Shown here: piece after piece, positions 59,222 through 64,000 of the stretch
Layout of the letters: the number at the start of each line of letters is the position of its first letter
Position numbering within the stretch: the stretch's first letter is position 1
NCBI GenBank assembly: GCA_030141605.1
Contig: JAQGDQ010000384.1
Span: forward strand, 25,167 to 89,166
Direction: 5' to 3'
DNA: 64,000 nucleotides
Source: Tubiluchus corallicola
Lineage: Eukaryota; Animalia; Priapulida
Program-made: the position numbers and the translations under genes
Notes under the pieces: generated by a model
Database searches by the model: none
Told to the model about the DNA's origin: nothing
What the model saw: the letters and a program-made list of their open reading frames with translations, nothing else

Positions 59222-61264
59222 TTATTTTTTTAAAAAAATTTCAGTTCTACTATCATCCGTTAATACTTCCCACAACGATGCTACAGTCCATCCTGGAGCA
59301 AAAATATCGTTGTAAAATCCTTTTCCATTTTTCCCGTAATCCCAATTAGTATGCTGAACTACTTCGGGGTAATATCCTTTTTTGGCAATACCTACCCAGT
59401 GATTTTCGTATGGGAGTAGCTGTTCTTTCATAGAGGTTTTGATTACTTCTGCCATTTCCCTTAGAGTCTGATTTTTCGTTTCCTTGGAGAGCCATTCCAA
59501 TACGTGTATAAATTCAAATATGAATACATCAATATGATTGTTTTCTACTGACACATTTCCCCAACCTCTTGATTTAAAATTGAGTTCTCCCAACATTTGC
59601 CCTTTGCTAAAAGGAACATCATAGAGATAATACCAAGAAAGGGCGAAATAGGAAGCTTGTTCGCAAAGTTTTAGATACTCTTTTTTAGCGTCGTTAGCGG
59701 AAACTAAACTTAGATAATAAAAGGCTGTTGCTGCATACAGAGAAGCTTCTTTATCTTCGCAGTTTGCATCTAGTGTCGATGAAAAGTAGTCTGATTTTAA
59801 AATAATTTCATCTTTAACATAGTTAGCAATTTTCTTTGCTACTTCAAGGTATTTGTTTTCATTAAAATATTTATAGGCTAAAATAAAAGGTAAAACGGCA
59901 GATGGGCTACTGCCTCCGCTTTTGTCTATTATTAGAATATCATTGTCAAATTTGCGGGGAAAACTTCCATCAATTTGCTGTAATAAAATCAATTTATCTA
60001 GTAAACTTTTTACTCTATCTTCCCATTCATTATGTTTTTTTCCTTTGCCTCTTTCATAAAAAAGATAAAGTAAAATAGCATATACTCCTTCTGATTGCCT
60101 TCTGATACTATTTACCTCATTCTGTGTGTTTGTGTTTATATCAACTACTTCTTTAAAAAATCCTTTTTTGTTAAATCCATACTGCCTATAGCTTTCAAAT
60201 ACAGCATTTGCAATGTTTTTTAATTCTTCATCTTCTACCTGTTCTGCAAATTCTAAGCAGTTAAAAGCATTCAATAAAACCCTGCCTATAAAGCCTACTT
60301 CGAGGATGCCTCTTTTTTCACATTTGTTTGTATGCAAATGAACCCCTGAAAAGCCTTGTAATGTATTACTTGTTGTAAAACTTTCCTTGAAATAATTAGA
60401 TATTATTTCTTTAACTTCATTATTAGATAATCTATTTTTTAATGGTTGAGGTTTTAATGTATTAAATGAGTAATACCAATTCTCTTTTATAAATTCTTCA
60501 TAACTGCTTATTCTTCCTCTTTTTATTTCCCATACCAATGTTCTCTTCTCTCCTTTATTCATAGTTGCAAATGAAGTTACTGGAGGTGCTAATGTTAATT
60601 TTCTTAAATATGTATATGGATATTCGCTATAAGGATACCTAAATGATAAAACACTTTTGTTTTGAAAATTAGCAAATCCCAAACTACCTATATCCGACTT
60701 GCCAGACAGTATAGTTTCTCCTTGTTTAAGTGGAGTTAAAGCATCGTAATTGAGCTTATCTTTTCTAAGAACTGTGCAAAACTCTTTTGATACCTTATCA
60801 AAAACTCCTACAAGTGGAGTGCTTAGTCTATCTTCTCTCATCTCCCAAGTTTTGCTAATTTTCATAGAAGGAGTATTTTCAGGAGAACGAGAGTTTTTCC
60901 TATACCAAAAACCGGGTAAGTAAAACAATGAACTTTCAAAGCCCGTATGATGTAAAAGTAAATTTGCTTTTATGTTATAATGAACTTTTTCTTTAGCTAT
61001 AAGCTCTATCTTTAAAATAGTTGTGTTCGAATCTGTATTTTCAAACGTTTCGCAAATTTCCAATGGCAATTTTTCATCTGTACATAACAGTGTTTTGCCT
61101 TTTAATTTTTTCTTTTTTAAAATGTAATGTGCTGAGGGATTGCCAGCTTCTTTTATTGAAAGTTGGTATTCAATACTGAAATTGTCATTATTATTATTTT
61201 CTTTTATGCTACAAGCATTGAAGTTTAAAAGTATTAGAGGTATAAAAAGGATACAATGTTTCAT
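59222..61264 (-). CDS. uncharacterised PUL lipoprotein, putative (alpha/alpha)-barrel glycosidase
   Basis: Lipobox-like FNAC; beta-rich N-half, helical C-half with Q..DGSFPR, STLDANCEDKEA and VSVENNH motifs; located between susD and GH43. Confidence 0.6.
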   Translation of the reverse strand: MKHCILFIPLILLNFNACSIKENNNNDNFSIEYQLSIKEAGNPSAHYILKKKKLKGKTLLCTDEKLPLEICETFENTDSNTTILKIELIAKEKVHYNIKANLLLHHTGFESSLFYLPGFWYRKNSRSPENTPSMKISKTWEMREDRLSTPLVGVFDKVSKEFCTVLRKDKLNYDALTPLKQGETILSGKSDIGSLGFANFQNKSVLSFRYPYSEYPYTYLRKLTLAPPVTSFATMNKGEKRTLVWEIKRGRISSYEEFIKENWYYSFNTLKPQPLKNRLSNNEVKEIISNYFKESFTTSNTLQGFSGVHLHTNKCEKRGILEVGFIGRVLLNAFNCLEFAEQVEDEELKNIANAVFESYRQYGFNKKGFFKEVVDINTNTQNEVNSIRRQSEGVYAILLYLFYERGKGKKHNEWEDRVKSLLDKLILLQQIDGSFPRKFDNDILIIDKSGGSSPSAVLPFILAYKYFNENKYLEVAKKIANYVKDEIILKSDYFSSTLDANCEDKEASLYAATAFYYLSLVSANDAKKEYLKLCEQASYFALSWYYLYDVPFSKGQMLGELNFKSRGWGNVSVENNHIDVFIFEFIHVLEWLSKETKNQTLREMAEVIKTSMKEQLLPYENHWVGIAKKGYYPEVVQHTNWDYGKNGKGFYNDIFAPGWTVASLWEVLTDDSRTEIFLKK

Positions 61265-61320
61265 ATTTTCAATAAATTATAAGTTGAGCCTATTAGAGAT
61301 GTGTTTATTTTACAAAAACA

Positions 61321-62847
61321 TCACCAACCTGGATTTTGTTTTAAGTTATGATTCAGGTCTAATTCTGAAGTTGGAATAGGCAATAATTCACTTTTACCTT
61401 CTACAAAGTGTTTAAATTCAGGGTCATTTTCTTCTAATTCTTTGCTAAGCATCCCCCATCTTTTAAGGTCAATAAATCTTTGACTTTCTCCTGCCAATTC
61501 TACAATTCTTTCGTGTTGTATTTGTTCAAACATAGCTTGTTTGTCTAAACCCGTTGAAAGAGGAGACATATTAGCTCTTGTCCTTACCTCGTCAATGTAT
61601 TGATATGCCTCTGAAGTTCTATCAATTTCGTTCAATGCTTCCGCATATAGAAGTAATATATCTGCATATCTAATTACTCTGATGTTATTAGGAGAATTCC
61701 AAGGCTCTTTAGTAGCATTAGTTATAGTTGGGTCGTTGGTGTTTAAAAATTTTTTCAACCATATTTTATCTCCATTTCCTACTACATTCATATAGGGAGA
61801 GTCATAAAGAGTTTGATTATTAAGATATGTTTCATCTTCACTTCCTTCCTCTGGTTTATAAATTAGAGTAGCATAGATTCTTGCATCAATTCTGTCGTCT
61901 TTGTTTTTTTCTTTGAAAAACTGATTTTTTAACCATTCCGTAGCTTCGCCGTCAGACCATCCATAGGGGGATAAGAAGATAGGTCTGTTGCAACCCAGCT
62001 CAGAGTTAGCCGTCCCGTCTTGATCTGTTGTTCCTTGATATATATCAGAAAACTGAACCTCAAAAATAGATTCTTCGTTGTTTTCGCGTGTGTTTAAAAA
62101 ATTGTCTTCATAGTTTTCCACCAGAGAATATTTATTATATATCAGCCTAAATTCTTCAATGGCTTCATTATATCTATGATTTTGCATATAAGCTTTCCCT
62201 AATAAGGCAATAGCAGCACCTTGTGTAACTCTTCCAATGTCTTTTCCTGAATATCTTTCTGGCAAATTGTTTTTCGCAAATTTTAAGTCTTTTATAATTT
62301 GTTCCCATACTTGTTTTTCAGTAGAATAACTGGGTAAATTTTGGAGGTCTTGGTTGGGAATTAGTACAATAGGAACATTCCCGTATAAGATAGCAAGATT
62401 AAAATAATACAATGCTCTTAGAAAACTTGCTTCGCTAAGTATTCTGTCCTTGATCTCTTCATCCATACTAATATTTGGAACATATCTCAAAACTTGATTT
62501 GCACGGTAAATTCCTCTATAATGATCTTGCCATATTTCTTTATTTACCTCAAAGTTATAGTCTGTAAAGGTAAATTTTGACACATTAGATAAGTCTGCCC
62601 AAGGACTATTGCTCGTTCCCTCATCGGAACGTATATCATATACAAAGTATAACCACCTTTTATAAGTTCCCTTTCTTTGCAATGCAGCGTAAACAGCATT
62701 TACTCCCTTTATGGCATCTTCGCTTGTTTGCCAAAATTCTTCTGTTGTTATATAATTAGGATTTTTAAGGTTTAGTAAATCTTTATCACACGAAAATTGT
62801 GTAATGCTAAAAGCTATAATTATTAAAAGATATATCGTATTTTTCAT
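61321..62847 (-). CDS. SusD/RagB-family glycan-binding lipoprotein
   Basis: Lipobox QFSC; SEASFLRALYYFNL; IRYADILLLYAEA; ERIVELAGE; PIP..ELDLN.NLKQNPGW. Confidence 0.95.
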   Translation of the reverse strand: MKNTIYLLIIIAFSITQFSCDKDLLNLKNPNYITTEEFWQTSEDAIKGVNAVYAALQRKGTYKRWLYFVYDIRSDEGTSNSPWADLSNVSKFTFTDYNFEVNKEIWQDHYRGIYRANQVLRYVPNISMDEEIKDRILSEASFLRALYYFNLAILYGNVPIVLIPNQDLQNLPSYSTEKQVWEQIIKDLKFAKNNLPERYSGKDIGRVTQGAAIALLGKAYMQNHRYNEAIEEFRLIYNKYSLVENYEDNFLNTRENNEESIFEVQFSDIYQGTTDQDGTANSELGCNRPIFLSPYGWSDGEATEWLKNQFFKEKNKDDRIDARIYATLIYKPEEGSEDETYLNNQTLYDSPYMNVVGNGDKIWLKKFLNTNDPTITNATKEPWNSPNNIRVIRYADILLLYAEALNEIDRTSEAYQYIDEVRTRANMSPLSTGLDKQAMFEQIQHERIVELAGESQRFIDLKRWGMLSKELEENDPEFKHFVEGKSELLPIPTSELDLNHNLKQNPGW

Positions 62848-62874
62848 TGTAATGAAACTTTATGTTATAATAAA

Positions 62875-64000
62875 TTAAAATTGAACCTGTATTCCCGTAG
62901 CAAAGGTTCTAACATTAGGAAAGGATCCATCATCTACTCCTCTAAGGGTAATTCTTGGTCCTCTTACTTCAGGATCCAAACCTGTATATTCTGTTATGGT
63001 CAATAAATTTTGAGCATTTATGTATACTCTAAGTTTTGCTATGCGTATTTTCTTAACAATATCGTATGGGATGTTATATCCAATTTCTATGTTTTTAAGC
63101 TTGAGATAATTTCCATTTTCCAGCCATCTATCTGTATATAGTATAGAATTGTTTGCCCCTTCAGCTCCGTAAATAGCTTTGGGAGTAGTTGTAGAAGGGT
63201 TGTCTTCTGTCCAAGGTGAATATCCTTTTGGGTAGTTTGAAGCGTCATCAGTTCTTTCTAACCAATAAGCAGGAACATTAAAAATTTGATGTCCTCCTGC
63301 ACCATACCAAAACATTATGAAATCAAAGTTTTCATAAGAAAGAACAAAATTCAATCCATATTCATACTTTGGGAAAGGATTGCCCATAGCAACTCTATCA
63401 TCATCATTTATTTTACCGTCGTTGTTGCTATCTATATATTTTACATCTCCCGGGTTAGCGTCAGGTTGTACTTTGTGTTCTAAAATTTCTTCTTCTGTTT
63501 GAAAAATACCATCCGTCCGCATTAAATAAAAACTTCCTATAGGATAGCCCTCTTTTGTAATTGTCAGCCAGTCCACAAATCCATTAGGGTTATTTTTCAG
63601 ATGAAGTACTTTGTTATTTGTTAAGGTAAAGGTTCCAGTAATATTGTATTTGAATTTTTGTTTTGTTTCTTTGTATGCTAGGGAAGTTTCAAAACCAGAG
63701 TTTTTAAATTCTCCAATATTTGAATTAATAAAACTTCCCCCACTGGGGTCGAAATGACCTGTTGTCAGAGGTATTTGTGTGGGTACCAATGCATTTTTCG
63801 TTATTGCTATATAATATTCGGGCGTTATTTGAAGTTTATTGCCAAACATTCCGATATCTAAACCAATATTTGTAGTAGTTGTAGTTTGCCACGTTAAATC
63901 TTCACTTGCATATAATATTTGGGTTGAACCATTAGTAACATCTTGGTTTTCTCCAAAAACATAATTTACATTTGTATTAATAAATCCTGCATAGTCATAT
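62875..64000 (-). CDS. SusC/RagA TonB-dependent transporter (5' part outside window)
   Basis: Frame open to window edge (EDLTWQTTTTTNIGLD), PGDVKYID.N.DG.I, LENGNYLKLKNI.IGY, C-terminal F. Confidence 0.93.
   Translation of the reverse strand, partial: YDYAGFINTNVNYVFGENQDVTNGSTQILYASEDLTWQTTTTTNIGLDIGMFGNKLQITPEYYIAITKNALVPTQIPLTTGHFDPSGGSFINSNIGEFKNSGFETSLAYKETKQKFKYNITGTFTLTNNKVLHLKNNPNGFVDWLTITKEGYPIGSFYLMRTDGIFQTEEEILEHKVQPDANPGDVKYIDSNNDGKINDDDRVAMGNPFPKYEYGLNFVLSYENFDFIMFWYGAGGHQIFNVPAYWLERTDDASNYPKGYSPWTEDNPSTTTPKAIYGAEGANNSILYTDRWLENGNYLKLKNIEIGYNIPYDIVKKIRIAKLRVYINAQNLLTITEYTGLDPEVRGPRITLRGVDDGSFPNVRTFATGIQVQF

Noticed and set aside
62875-63849. 324-aa ORF as a truncated or pseudogenised SusC
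   Set aside because: The reading frame stays open to the window edge; the truncation is a window artefact.

Overview
AT-rich Bacteroidota chromosomal segment (Bacteroidota-type TAnnTTTG promoters, T9SS, SusC/SusD; probably a marine lineage). Housekeeping genes are pgk, ruvA-sprA, a beta-carbonic anhydrase, DUF58, mgsA, tRNA-Arg(UCU), vanZ-like, lutA-like, an OmpA-domain lipoprotein, dnaE and trxA. Three accessory blocks interrupt them. (1) A ~1.8 kb insert between pgk and ruvA: two ~343-bp direct repeats, each holding a promoter-like motif, a leader with two interleaved stems and an unannotated 46-aa basic ORF. They flank an IS1595-type transposase C-terminal remnant coupled to a KilA-N gene that contains a perfect 26-bp palindrome. 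(2) A ~29 kb sulfated-fucan (fucoidan-like) utilization locus: 4 Cys-type sulfatases, GH29, GH141-like and other beta-helix proteins, an SGNH esterase, a SwmB-like-repeat T9SS cargo, SusC/D, a ROK regulator, a fucU-fucP-AKR-Zn dehydrogenase operon lacking canonical fucose catabolic genes, and a receiver-less HK-AraC fusion, ending near the tRNA 3' end. (3) A second PUL running off the right edge: SusC/D, an uncharacterised putative glycosidase, an intact GH43 and a GH43 paralogue with all three catalytic residues replaced. All family assignments come from motif recognition by eye; no searches were run.
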